A DNA stretch of 43,927 bases from the UHGV virus genome UHGV-1456322; one strand, given 5' to 3'. Under the pieces are notes generated by a model. The model ran no database searches. It saw nothing but the letters and a program-made list of their open reading frames with translations, and was not told where the DNA came from. Below are positions 33,839-43,896 of the stretch, piece after piece. This DNA is from a virus. Position numbers and translations under genes: made by a program. The stretch's first letter is position 1, and each line of letters starts with the position of its first letter.

Positions 33839-36800
33839 TTAATCGTCTCCGAAGTTATTGATGATAGCTCGCGTAGGTGCGAATTCCTGGATTAACGGCA
33901 CCTGCTTAGTGAAGGTCTTGATATCCATATTACCGGTAGCCAGGTCCTGCACAGCCCCAAGTAGTCCTGTGACGTAACCCATAGATGCCAATGAGTGACG
34001 GGGAGAATCCCCCAGGAAGATATCCTGTAGTAAGGATACACCGCCAATGGCACTCATACCCATCACGGACTCACCGATGAGTTTCTGGGTGTCTACGTCC
34101 CCCCCATCCATACCGTGCTTAGCCATAGTAGCCAGTAGCATCAGCGGGAATTGATACGCCATAATATGGGCTACGCCAATCCACCCAGCGTCGTTCAGCT
34201 CCCTACGCAGAATCTTGTTAGTGGCGGCCAGTGCGAAGCTCTGGTACCCTACAATGACTTTGCCGATAGGGTTGAACTGTGCAAAGTGTGAGGTCTCTCC
34301 AGTACGAACCTGCTGTACCAGGTAGTCCATCATACGCGTCCCTACAACCTCAACTTGCATTTGCAGGTCCGGCTGGAACATGGCGCCCGGGTTGGCTTTG
34401 TTGGCAGCGACGGCACGGTCAGCAATGTCGCGGGTAAGCCCGAAACGCTCCAGACGCTTAAACGCCGCAGCATCACCCTTGAACATCTGGGTAAGCTCAT
34501 CCGCCACAATGCCGGAGTTCAGGTTAACCTGCAGCCGGTGCACCATGCTCATACCGTTGACGTGACGCGCAGCCTGCCCAACGTTCTGGGTTACATTGAA
34601 CCAAGAGGCCTGACGGGTCAGGTCCAGGTTATCGTCGGCGTACGTATTCAACCAGCGGAAGCGCATCTCCTTCTGGATATTACCTCGCAGTACAGTGTCT
34701 AGACGGGTAGCCATATCCGGAGTCTTGATAGCTACGGCACCTTCCTTGAACCAAGGCTGGTCGCGCATACTACGCAGCACTCTAGCCATACCGAACTCCT
34801 TCATAGCCAGGGCAGTGTCAGTCAGCTGATACAGGCCGGAGTTCTTAAGCATGGTGGCGTTAGCCATGTTCCCGGCTGCACGCAGCAAATCCGGAAGCTG
34901 TCCGGCGTCAGCAGGCGCCCCACCCAGGATAAAGTCGATGGTGTCATTGACTGTCTTCTCCCACTTAGCGGAATCCGCCAGTGCGTGCTTAGACTCATCA
35001 ATCATCTTAGCTAGCTGGCCCAGGCCCTGTACGCCTGCATAGGCCATGCCTACACGCCCAGACATACGGTTAGTGTACCCGTGCATAACCTTGGCTACAT
35101 CAGTATCCATCAGGTCCTGCATGCGCATGCTCTTACCGTTCACCAGATACTCTTTGTCCATGTTGAACCGAGTACGCTGACGCAGGTTCCGCGCAGGGGA
35201 CGTGCTACCGGATTCGCGTACGTTACCAGCCAGGAAACTCTGGATTGCAGATTCATCTACACCAGCGCTACGCATAGCCATAACGACCTCGTCGTTACCC
35301 ATGCCGTTAATCAGCTGCTTCCACATCGGGCCGGACTGCCCTGCACGGCCGTTGTAGATACCGTCAACCATCTCCTTTGCAACACGCTGCACTACCTCTG
35401 ACTCCATGCTCGGGTACACGTCCCGCAGGGCGGACCTGAACAGGGCGCGGTAGTCGTCCAGAGTGTTACCCTGCGCAATACCTTGGCGCATCTTGTCGTA
35501 GCTGTACTGACGCGGGAAGTAGTAATCGGATTTAACCAACGCACCATCATCCACCAGACCAGCATTGAGCATATGCTCGTGCCACTTGCCTGCCCAGCCA
35601 GAGCGGCGATAGGCGTCAACCAGTGGGGCAATCTCTACATCCGGTACGGGAACAGCTCGGCCGTTTACATCAGCACTGTAGGCAGCATCCAGGTACTTGC
35701 TCAGGCGGTCTTCCAGTGCAGCCCGCTCAGCGCGGAACTTGCTCCGATGGAAGAAGCGCTCAGAGAAACCTACACCCTTATCCTTCAACGCGCCCAGGAT
35801 AGCGTCTTCCACTACGCTAGCGCTGGCGTCCATCTCCAAAGTGAGGTTGCGCTTGAAGTCCACTACAGACGGGCGACGGCCGCCTACTGCGGACGCATCC
35901 GACACTAGCAGTTTAGCCAAGTCTTCATTGCCTTGAGCGATGTTATCGTACAGGGCAAACATAGTAGAGAGCTTCTTCTTAGCGCCATCCAGCATAGCTT
36001 GGGCACCCTTAGCCTCGTTTAGGGTAGTGCTGCCCGCCAGGTCCTGGAAGGCTTCACTACGGAAGCTCTGGGCTTGGTCTGCATAATCCTTAGCTGTCCA
36101 CTTAACGGCGTCCTCGTACGCATCCAAGACATCTTCCAAGGCAGAACCTTTGGCCTTGATGCCCAGGGCATTCATGATGTACTCGCCCAGTTGGCGGAGC
36201 ATGCTCTTACCGGTTGGGGATTTCGTCCGCGCCAGATGCTCAACCCACTCAGGGCTGTCACCTAAGCCTGCCAGCATCTCGTGCACATTACTAGCGTAAT
36301 ACCGCATACGCGGCGTCAAGGTGGAGTCCGCTGCAATAACAGCGCGCACTTCATCCAGGCGCTTAGCAATCTCTGGGTTACTGTCAACGGCGCGCGCAGT
36401 GGCGGCATGAATCAGTTCGTGCACGGCTACCCTGCTTGTGTCTGCATCCATAGCACGCAGTGCGTCCCCTGCTGTAGTCCATGTGCTGCCATTAGCTCGC
36501 GTAGGTGCGCGTAGAGACACCTCTCCACGCTTAGCTAAATCTTGCTGTGCGTAAGTGTAGCGGCTGCGGTTTGCGGAGCCTGCTACCAGTTTAAAATCAA
36601 TGTCATTTACAGCATCGCCCAGCGTGTCCAGAATAGCCTTCTGGCCTGCTGTTAAGTGTTCGGACTTCTTCAAGAACTGAACTACGTGCTGTGCTTTCAT
36701 GTTCACGGAGGCGGTATTGTTTCTAGATACTTGGATGCTTTCATCCAGTGTCTTAGTAAGGATTTCCTCTCCCTCTCCTACTCCTGTAACATTAGCGTCC

Positions 36801-37537
36801 CTCGCTGTACGAGTTGTAGGCGCTTCTGGGTCGAACATAGGCTCACGCCCAGTACGGGCCTTAGCAGCAGCTTTAGCAGCCCTAGACATATCCCAGAGCT
36901 GGTCCAACCCAGCTACGCCCGCTACCAGTGCAGTTACCGCAGCAGACTGGCCCAGTTGGTCCTGCGCATAGAATGCGGAGCCTACGTCAGCAGCGCGGAT
37001 AGCAGTCCGTGCAGCTAAGCCTGCGCGGCCAGCAATACCAGCGGCAGACATCGGGGCCAGGATGAACGGAGAATCACCCACCAACATACCCGCGAACCCG
37101 GCTACCGTGTTGTCAGCCATTAAGCGGTCACGGTTGCGTTGCTCAAGCATCTGCTGCATGCGGTAGTTGTAATCCTCGACCGATACAGAGTCGTGCAGGT
37201 ACTCAATCTCTTCCTGATTCGGAGCATACAGCTTAGCCCTGGTATCGCTGCTCAGAGTCTGCTTGGCGTTAAAGTTCTGGTCCCGGTCAAATGCCGGGGC
37301 AGAGGCCTTACGGATAGCTGCGGCGATGATGCTGTTACCCATACCAGACGCAAAGCTCTCCCCGGCTGTAGTAGCTGGGGTCTTGGCCTGCGCCAGTAAG
37401 GAGGCACGCTCCAGTGCGTTTAAGCCGTTGTCTCCGGCATCGTTCCAATCTACGCGCTCAGGCGCAGGTTTAAGTGTTGCGCCCTTAGCAGAATCCTTTT
37501 CCTGTGGATTCGGTTCTTGGTTCAGAAACTGAGCCAT
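33839..37537 (-). CDS. internal virion protein (T7 gp16-like, ejectosome component)
   Basis: 1232 aa; largest virion gene, position between gp15-like gene and tail fiber. Confidence 0.8.
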   Translation of the reverse strand: MAQFLNQEPNPQEKDSAKGATLKPAPERVDWNDAGDNGLNALERASLLAQAKTPATTAGESFASGMGNSIIAAAIRKASAPAFDRDQNFNAKQTLSSDTRAKLYAPNQEEIEYLHDSVSVEDYNYRMQQMLEQRNRDRLMADNTVAGFAGMLVGDSPFILAPMSAAGIAGRAGLAARTAIRAADVGSAFYAQDQLGQSAAVTALVAGVAGLDQLWDMSRAAKAAAKARTGREPMFDPEAPTTRTARDANVTGVGEGEEILTKTLDESIQVSRNNTASVNMKAQHVVQFLKKSEHLTAGQKAILDTLGDAVNDIDFKLVAGSANRSRYTYAQQDLAKRGEVSLRAPTRANGSTWTTAGDALRAMDADTSRVAVHELIHAATARAVDSNPEIAKRLDEVRAVIAADSTLTPRMRYYASNVHEMLAGLGDSPEWVEHLARTKSPTGKSMLRQLGEYIMNALGIKAKGSALEDVLDAYEDAVKWTAKDYADQAQSFRSEAFQDLAGSTTLNEAKGAQAMLDGAKKKLSTMFALYDNIAQGNEDLAKLLVSDASAVGGRRPSVVDFKRNLTLEMDASASVVEDAILGALKDKGVGFSERFFHRSKFRAERAALEDRLSKYLDAAYSADVNGRAVPVPDVEIAPLVDAYRRSGWAGKWHEHMLNAGLVDDGALVKSDYYFPRQYSYDKMRQGIAQGNTLDDYRALFRSALRDVYPSMESEVVQRVAKEMVDGIYNGRAGQSGPMWKQLINGMGNDEVVMAMRSAGVDESAIQSFLAGNVRESGSTSPARNLRQRTRFNMDKEYLVNGKSMRMQDLMDTDVAKVMHGYTNRMSGRVGMAYAGVQGLGQLAKMIDESKHALADSAKWEKTVNDTIDFILGGAPADAGQLPDLLRAAGNMANATMLKNSGLYQLTDTALAMKEFGMARVLRSMRDQPWFKEGAVAIKTPDMATRLDTVLRGNIQKEMRFRWLNTYADDNLDLTRQASWFNVTQNVGQAARHVNGMSMVHRLQVNLNSGIVADELTQMFKGDAAAFKRLERFGLTRDIADRAVAANKANPGAMFQPDLQMQVEVVGTRMMDYLVQQVRTGETSHFAQFNPIGKVIVGYQSFALAATNKILRRELNDAGWIGVAHIMAYQFPLMLLATMAKHGMDGGDVDTQKLIGESVMGMSAIGGVSLLQDIFLGDSPRHSLASMGYVTGLLGAVQDLATGNMDIKTFTKQVPLIQEFAPTRAIINNFGDD
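36775..36795 (-). promoter_or_regulatory. candidate phage RNAP promoter copy inside internal virion protein gene
   Basis: Exact 16-mer shared with the two other copies; embedded in-frame in coding sequence (encodes ANVTGVGEG). Confidence 0.35.
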
Positions 37538-37587
37538 AATATCTCCTAAAAGAATTTTGATAAGGGGAGGCCCCGGAGGGCCTCTAG

Positions 37588-40272
37588 TTAGTGTGTTGCC
37601 TCAAAGAGCCAATCACGTAGGTTTTGTTCCAGGTACTTCTTACGCTCAGGTTGGGCCTGCTTGTACGCCGGGGTATTCCTCAGCGCTTGCCAAGCCCTAC
37701 CCTGGGCCTCAGATACAGGATACTGATACGCCCCCACCGGGGACTTGGCAGCCTTACGTACCTGTGCCATCGCCTCTGCTACAGGACCAGAGCTACCGTT
37801 ACCACCGTGATAGTTCAGGTCCACCATAACCTTTAACGCCTCATCGGAGGCATTCAAACCCTGCCCCTTGAGTTGCTTCTGCACGTTCGGAACGTACTGC
37901 CTCTCCATAGAGGATTTAAGGATACTGATACCGTCGTCAATGGTTACTTTCTGAGGGACAGGCATGCCCGAGTTAACGTGCAGACCGAAGCCTACGCTAC
38001 CCCTGCCCTTGCCTTCTCGGAACCCTTCGAACTTCATAGTGGTGGCGAGGATGTCACTAAACAGCGATGGTTCCAGCCCCGCCGCGTTACGACCGTTGAC
38101 CTGTACGCTGACAGCGCGCCCATTGTCGTGGTCGTAGAAGGTGGCAGGACGTACGCCCACTTGCTCGCTGCCAATCTTCATATCCCCAGCCAGTGCCGAA
38201 TCGTACGCAGCCTGCGCAGTAGCCTGAACGTCACGGAGGTTCACAGACATAGTCTGGAATGTGCCCTTCTTGTCGAACACGGTTACGGTCATGTTCTGAC
38301 CCGCGTTGCCTGCTGTGGCAGCCTGCACCACTACACGTTCCATGTTGCTGGGGTCGGTGATGGCCTGGACTTGGTTTTGAATCTGCTGTTGCAGAGTAGC
38401 CTTGAACTGCTCCTGGTCGCCCTTGTAGTCGCCCATGATAGACTGCAGAGAGGTACCTGCAGGCAGATACACGTGCCTCGGTGTGCCTGCAATCTCCAGC
38501 TCCAGCTTACGGGCTTGGATGTTGCCTTTGAGCATCGTGTTGATGTCCTCAGCATCCTTACCTACCAGAGATTCCGGATTGCGGCTGTACGTATAACGAT
38601 ACTCCTCTTCCATAGCAGCGCGCGCTTCCTGGCGCTGAGCGTCGGCATCACCGAAGAAACTGAACCAGTTGCTGGTGCCACTAGGGTCCACCATCTTGTC
38701 AGTTGGGTTACTCTGGATATTGCTGTAGCGCCCACTGGCCTTGTTACGTGCCTGGCGGCGCAGGTCATCCAAAATAGTATCGCTGGCATTGCTCGGGTTT
38801 TGTGCGATAGCTTTCTGCACCACCCCCTGCCACTCAGACGGTACCTCAGACAGCAGCGCCATCTTACCTAAGTCCGTACTGGTACTATAAGCCTGTGCCC
38901 ACAAGTTGATGCTGCTGACGTTCTCACGGGAAACCTCACCGTCCTCACCGAGCTGGTCCAGCGTAGTCAGTGTACGTGCCATGTCCGAAGACATACGCTT
39001 GTGCGCCTCGTTGACGGCCCACGCATCCTTGCTGTTGCTTCCGTATGCCAGCAGCTGCAGGTTCCCTTCCGGGGTATCCGGAAAGCTCTTGAGCAGCTCG
39101 CTGCGAGCCTTACCCAGGTCCCCCTTGTACATCCCCGCCAGGGTGGAGCTTGGCATGTTCCCGGTAATCGCTGTGCGCAATGCCTGGGTGTCCGCTGCCT
39201 TCTCACGAATGGTCTGGGCCTTGTTCCAGAACTCCATGCTGGCTCCAGCGCTGAGCACGTCCGATGCCGACAGCTCAATGACACGACTACGAATGCGCGC
39301 CATAGTCTGTTCCTGCTGCTCAGGAGTCTGCCCCTCTAAGGAAGAGATTGCGTCAGAGATTTCAAAACGGGCCTGCGTCTCAATCTGAGCACCAGCGCGC
39401 TTGAACTCCTGATACAGAGCCGCGTTGACGTCCACTGAGTTAACCCCGAGTTCCTTGGTAGCCAGTCCTTGCAGCTGGTTGATTACCAGCGGGTCCTGGG
39501 TCTGCTGCGCTACGCTGACCAGATACTGCTTGGCCCGGTCCAGCTTCTTGCTCTTGTCCAGGTGCTCAGCAGCCAGGATGCTGTCTAAGCCGGTCTTGAT
39601 AGACATCTGCGCGGCGGCACCCTGTCCTGCCTGTAGACGCTGATAGAACTCATCACTGGACGAGCTGAGGCCACGGTCAAGTGCGCGGTCAGCCTGAGCC
39701 ACGGCAAACGCCGCGCGCCCTTTCTGGAAGGCTGTATAGTTCGCCATGCTCGTAGCACGGAGCTGTTGCAGCACGGCCGTAGCAGACTGCTTGGACATCT
39801 CTGGGAGATACATACCGAGCTTGTCCGACATAGATTGGACGTGCTCTTGCTCCTGCTGCTGGAACTCCTCGTCAGTCAGCCCAGCCTCGGCAGCTTTCTT
39901 CGCCCGCGCGATACTATCTGTGCGCCACTTGGCTAGCGAGTCGTACGCTGCGGCGGATACATAACCATCCTGGTAAGCTTCACGTACGAAGATGTTCTGC
40001 TTCTGTACAGCCTCGTCCTTGGAGGCCATCGCGTCCACCGCACCCTGAGCATCCATCGCGCCGCGCACTGTGGCGGCTGCGGCGTTCTCTTTTACTGCCT
40101 CGTCAAAGCCTACGCCGAAGTCCTGCACAAACCCAGACAGGGCGGCTAGACGTTTTGCTTTGGAGGTATCAACAGATACCTCACTCACCGTTGACGGCAA
40201 GCTAACATCGTTGGCCTGCAATTGTACGCCACCGACATTTAGCCCCTGTCTATTGGGTTGAATCACAGGCAT
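37588..40272 (-). CDS. internal virion protein (T7 gp15-like)
   Basis: 894 aa; synteny; C-terminal region may carry an enzymatic domain (unverified). Confidence 0.75.
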   Translation of the reverse strand: MPVIQPNRQGLNVGGVQLQANDVSLPSTVSEVSVDTSKAKRLAALSGFVQDFGVGFDEAVKENAAAATVRGAMDAQGAVDAMASKDEAVQKQNIFVREAYQDGYVSAAAYDSLAKWRTDSIARAKKAAEAGLTDEEFQQQEQEHVQSMSDKLGMYLPEMSKQSATAVLQQLRATSMANYTAFQKGRAAFAVAQADRALDRGLSSSSDEFYQRLQAGQGAAAQMSIKTGLDSILAAEHLDKSKKLDRAKQYLVSVAQQTQDPLVINQLQGLATKELGVNSVDVNAALYQEFKRAGAQIETQARFEISDAISSLEGQTPEQQEQTMARIRSRVIELSASDVLSAGASMEFWNKAQTIREKAADTQALRTAITGNMPSSTLAGMYKGDLGKARSELLKSFPDTPEGNLQLLAYGSNSKDAWAVNEAHKRMSSDMARTLTTLDQLGEDGEVSRENVSSINLWAQAYSTSTDLGKMALLSEVPSEWQGVVQKAIAQNPSNASDTILDDLRRQARNKASGRYSNIQSNPTDKMVDPSGTSNWFSFFGDADAQRQEARAAMEEEYRYTYSRNPESLVGKDAEDINTMLKGNIQARKLELEIAGTPRHVYLPAGTSLQSIMGDYKGDQEQFKATLQQQIQNQVQAITDPSNMERVVVQAATAGNAGQNMTVTVFDKKGTFQTMSVNLRDVQATAQAAYDSALAGDMKIGSEQVGVRPATFYDHDNGRAVSVQVNGRNAAGLEPSLFSDILATTMKFEGFREGKGRGSVGFGLHVNSGMPVPQKVTIDDGISILKSSMERQYVPNVQKQLKGQGLNASDEALKVMVDLNYHGGNGSSGPVAEAMAQVRKAAKSPVGAYQYPVSEAQGRAWQALRNTPAYKQAQPERKKYLEQNLRDWLFEATH

Positions 40273-40289
40273 TTAATATTCCTCTTAAG

Positions 40290-40877
40290 TTACCAGGTAT
40301 GAACTGAGCTGTTACCCTTACTCCCCCATAAGTCATAGGAGGATGCCGTGTTCTGTGTAGCCGACGCACCGCTACCAGGGGATGAGCCGCCAGAGTCAGA
40401 AGATGACGCAGCGTTACCGGCGTACTGCCCAACGGCAGATGCCCCAACACTTAGCAACGAGTTAAACATGTTATCGTACGGGTCCTCCATGTCCATGTTA
40501 GCCAGACCACTATCCACAGCCTTGTCCGTCATTAGCCGGAAGCCCTCTTCCTGGGTTGCCTGCTGGTCCCGTACGCTAGCCTCTTGTCGCCCTGCTACTG
40601 TGTTCACGGTGGCTACGGCGTCTTTAACAGAGGCCCCCATAGTGCCAGAGGCTGCTGCCTGCAGTCCTACTTGGCTCTGCGCCTGCAGTTTCTGCTGCTG
40701 GATGTTAAACAGGGATACCTCAGTCCTGTCCCTGGACTGTGCACGCTGCAGCGCTATATCGTTTAACTGTTTGGCTGTCTGTTGAATCACAGCCTTGTTC
40801 CTGGCCTTGGACACTTCAATCTGAGCACTCTGCCCCAGAACGGCCTTAGCGGCCACGGCCGCAACCATCCACCACAT
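40290..40877 (-). CDS. internal virion protein (T7 gp14-like)
   Basis: 195 aa; N-terminal hydrophobic segment then Q/A-rich helical region, size as T7 gp14; synteny. Confidence 0.65.
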   Translation of the reverse strand: MWWMVAAVAAKAVLGQSAQIEVSKARNKAVIQQTAKQLNDIALQRAQSRDRTEVSLFNIQQQKLQAQSQVGLQAAASGTMGASVKDAVATVNTVAGRQEASVRDQQATQEEGFRLMTDKAVDSGLANMDMEDPYDNMFNSLLSVGASAVGQYAGNAASSSDSGGSSPGSGASATQNTASSYDLWGSKGNSSVHTW

Positions 40878-40878
40878 A

Positions 40879-43239
40879 TTAAATTCTCCGTCTGCGTTGG
40901 TTGTAGCGCAGGGTATACGAGATATCCAGCACGTTCAGTTCCATAGAACCCTCAGTAAATAACGTCACCTCGGTTGTGTCTGCGTTAGTACGGCACGGCA
41001 CGGTAATCGTAGCCAAGTCCATACGCAGGGCCTGCCCAAGCGTTAGCTCCTTTGAGTTCATCAAGATACCGGTTAGTTCCCCACCCCAGTTGACGTCCCG
41101 TGGGGTGTCTAGTACCTGTACACCGAAGTGCCCAGAGTTACGTACTGCTACGTCCAGGCGCAGCAGGCGCACGTGCCCACTTCCCACTAGCTTGTCATTC
41201 TGGTCCCGTAGAATAGGCGTAGTTAGAGTGAACGTACTGCGGTAGCGTCTCCCAATTACGTAGGCGCCATCAGGTACACCACGCACAACCCGCAGGGTGT
41301 TCTCCCCGGCAATCTCCTTGATGCCAACCTCAGTAGGCCCCATAGGGTTGCTGGGTAGGTACGTTAAGATAAGCTCTTCCTTGTAACGGTCAGCCCACCC
41401 GACGGGGCGCAGTACCGCCGGAACAGTAAACACCCCATCCTGCACTTGAACTTGCTTCTGCAAATCCGAGTAGGCTTCGCGGTACTCCGAACCCAGCTGA
41501 TAACCTTCACGCGGGTCCATAGACACAATCAAAAGCTTGTTGCTGGGACTGGGCCCTTGTATATACAAGAACACCTCATCCTCCAGCGCCTGCACGCTCA
41601 GGATTGGATATGGGAACGTCCATTTATGCCACGACGCTTGCATCTTAGCACCATCACTCCCACCCCACATAAACTCATAGACCAGCAGGCTATTACGCTC
41701 TCCAGACATGCGCGAGAAGGCCATATTGGTGACACTGGAGTTTTGCATCTGCAATACCCTGCCTGGGATATACCGGGGTAGGTGCACCGTGGCATCCTGT
41801 GTAGTGTACTGTGCCGCGGTGTAAGGTGATGGGATTAGCTCCAGTATACCCGCGTAGCTGTTGTTGCGCTTATTCGGGTAGATTACCGTCTGCCCCGCCA
41901 TTACCGGAGTCACACGGCTATCACACTCGTAGGTGCTGGTGATGCTAATACTTGCGTTAGTGGGGGTGAGTACCGCTGAACCCGGCACAACCGCCTGCAT
42001 GCTGTTAGCAAACAGGACCAAGTCCCGGTTGAACTGCACAGCGGTACGATACACAGAATCCTGTGCAGACGCAGAGCTAATGCTGATACGGTCCGTATCC
42101 AGCAGAGACGTCACAGTGGAGCGGTAGAAGCGCTGGTACAGACCTGAGGCAGACATATCCACGGAGCTACCACTAAGCAGAACCAAGCGGCCCTGGAAAG
42201 CTGCAATGCCGGTGATGTATCCATTCTCCACGAATCCGGGGTCGCTGTTATTGTCGTCGTTACCAGCTAAACGCCCCTCCCAATCCCGCGCAATAATGTT
42301 GTCATCTGCAGCAAGCTCTCGGGGCATGTTCGTAATCTTGGTGATGCTGCCGTACGCTCCCACCTCAGACCAGGTGCGGGTGCTGTAGCTGAACTGGTAC
42401 CACGCTGTCTCAGACGAGGCTGTACCTACACGACACATCGCCCCGTCAGCTTGCGCTGGGAGCTGTGCAGGTAGGTCCTGCTCCTGGTCTACACGAGACT
42501 GGTTGGATACCCCAGCATAAGTATCGCCAGCGTCGGAGGATACCACACAGTTGCTCAACCCATAGAAGAACAAGTATGCGCCGCGTACGCTAACGTTCCC
42601 AGCTGGCAATCCATTCGCTACAAGAGAGTCTCGCAGCTGCTGAGCAACGTAGGCACCTGATACCTCCTCAGCGTTACCACTGGTACTGCCAGCAGCTGGG
42701 GCGGTGTAGTCCCCGGAGTAATCTACCCCGGCAGATGTAACAGTGATGTTCCAGCGTTTCTGGAATGCTGCAGATTTAACGTAGAAGAACCCAGTGGTGC
42801 CTGGGTCAATACGCCCCGTATTGTCCACGGTTGTGTTCGGGGCCATCTCCGTATTCAGGATATAAGTCAGTCCAGCAATACTCGCGGTCTGCAAAGAGGT
42901 CTGACCCACGGTGGTAATAAAGTACGGGTCTTTTCCGGAGTTAAGGATGGTCTTTCCATTCTTAGCCAGTAACCACCAGTTACCGTTGCTGGTGTTAATC
43001 AGCAGGTGCCTGCCGTCAGTTCCACGCTCTACGTATTCAGTGAACAGGGAATCAAGCCCTGGATTATCAATCGTGCTTTCCCAGACAATCTCACCCGGGG
43101 GTCTGCGGCGGATACCGGAAACCGGGTCGCTGAGCATGTTCAGCTGCGCCCCCAGTTGTCCTGGTTGGCGCTCTCTCGGAACCTGCTGGGAAACGCCCTG
43201 CAGCAAGCTCTGAATAGTACCTTCTAATGATTGCGCCAT
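40879..43239 (-). CDS. tail tubular protein B (T7 gp12-like)
   Basis: 786 aa; position and size; pattern resembles T7-group gp12. Confidence 0.85.
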   Translation of the reverse strand: MAQSLEGTIQSLLQGVSQQVPRERQPGQLGAQLNMLSDPVSGIRRRPPGEIVWESTIDNPGLDSLFTEYVERGTDGRHLLINTSNGNWWLLAKNGKTILNSGKDPYFITTVGQTSLQTASIAGLTYILNTEMAPNTTVDNTGRIDPGTTGFFYVKSAAFQKRWNITVTSAGVDYSGDYTAPAAGSTSGNAEEVSGAYVAQQLRDSLVANGLPAGNVSVRGAYLFFYGLSNCVVSSDAGDTYAGVSNQSRVDQEQDLPAQLPAQADGAMCRVGTASSETAWYQFSYSTRTWSEVGAYGSITKITNMPRELAADDNIIARDWEGRLAGNDDNNSDPGFVENGYITGIAAFQGRLVLLSGSSVDMSASGLYQRFYRSTVTSLLDTDRISISSASAQDSVYRTAVQFNRDLVLFANSMQAVVPGSAVLTPTNASISITSTYECDSRVTPVMAGQTVIYPNKRNNSYAGILELIPSPYTAAQYTTQDATVHLPRYIPGRVLQMQNSSVTNMAFSRMSGERNSLLVYEFMWGGSDGAKMQASWHKWTFPYPILSVQALEDEVFLYIQGPSPSNKLLIVSMDPREGYQLGSEYREAYSDLQKQVQVQDGVFTVPAVLRPVGWADRYKEELILTYLPSNPMGPTEVGIKEIAGENTLRVVRGVPDGAYVIGRRYRSTFTLTTPILRDQNDKLVGSGHVRLLRLDVAVRNSGHFGVQVLDTPRDVNWGGELTGILMNSKELTLGQALRMDLATITVPCRTNADTTEVTLFTEGSMELNVLDISYTLRYNQRRRRI

Positions 43240-43248
43240 AACCTCTCC

Positions 43249-43809
43249 TTAAACCATAAAACGAGCGCGGCGGATTCTACGAGCAAAGCGGGTCTTGCTG
43301 GTGCTGAATCTCTGGTTGCGCAGATGCTCACGCAGCACCATGCTCTTGTAGCGCTCAGCTTCCTGTGCGTAATTAGCGTAGTTACTGTCGCCGCCCAGGT
43401 CGTTTAGATACACCTGTGCAGTGGTGTAGTTAGCCACCCACATAGCCGCATGCTCCGGCAGGTCCTCAAAGTCCAAGTCCAGGACTATTTTGAGCTTAAC
43501 GGAGCTGTCGAAGTACTGGTTCTGCTCCATAAGGGCGTACAGGTTCCCATCACGGACCCCGTATTTGGAGTCAGAGCCAGCATCGTACACGGCCAGTTGG
43601 TTCCACGGCACTTTAATAAAGCCGTCAGCAGTAGGGGCAACTTCACGCTCGACCACGTTAAACCAGAACCCTGTGCTGAGCAGCCCGCGCCGATTGCGCG
43701 CAAGCGCAGAGCGAGCTAACCCAGCGCTTGGGTTGCTGGTGTTGATGTCCATAACGCGGGACTCCCCCAGGGCTTCCAGCGTCAGGTTCACAGCGTCTAA
43801 TTCTCTCAT
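43249..43809 (-). CDS. tail tubular protein A (T7 gp11-like)
   Basis: 186 aa; N-terminal LDAVNLTLEALGESRV resembles T7 gp11 N-terminus as recalled; GAGGAACAAAT RBS. Confidence 0.8.
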   Translation of the reverse strand: MRELDAVNLTLEALGESRVMDINTSNPSAGLARSALARNRRGLLSTGFWFNVVEREVAPTADGFIKVPWNQLAVYDAGSDSKYGVRDGNLYALMEQNQYFDSSVKLKIVLDLDFEDLPEHAAMWVANYTTAQVYLNDLGGDSNYANYAQEAERYKSMVLREHLRNQRFSTSKTRFARRIRRARFMV

Positions 43810-43854
43810 ATTTGTTCCTCTATTAAAGACCCCTTGGACCCTTAAGACAGGGAC

Positions 43855-43896
43855 AAAAAAAAAAAAAAAAAGCCCCGGGCACCCGAAGGCACCAGG
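43855..43896 (-). terminator. rho-independent terminator (GC-rich stem-loop plus T17 tract) between capsid and tail modules
   Basis: Minus strand CCTGGTGCCTTCGGGTGCCCGGGGC followed by 17 T; position analogous to the T7 terminator after the capsid gene if the window is circularly joined. Confidence 0.55.

Noticed and set aside
37873-38871. 332-aa plus-strand ORF
   Set aside because: Antisense within the gp15-like internal virion protein gene; low-complexity composition.
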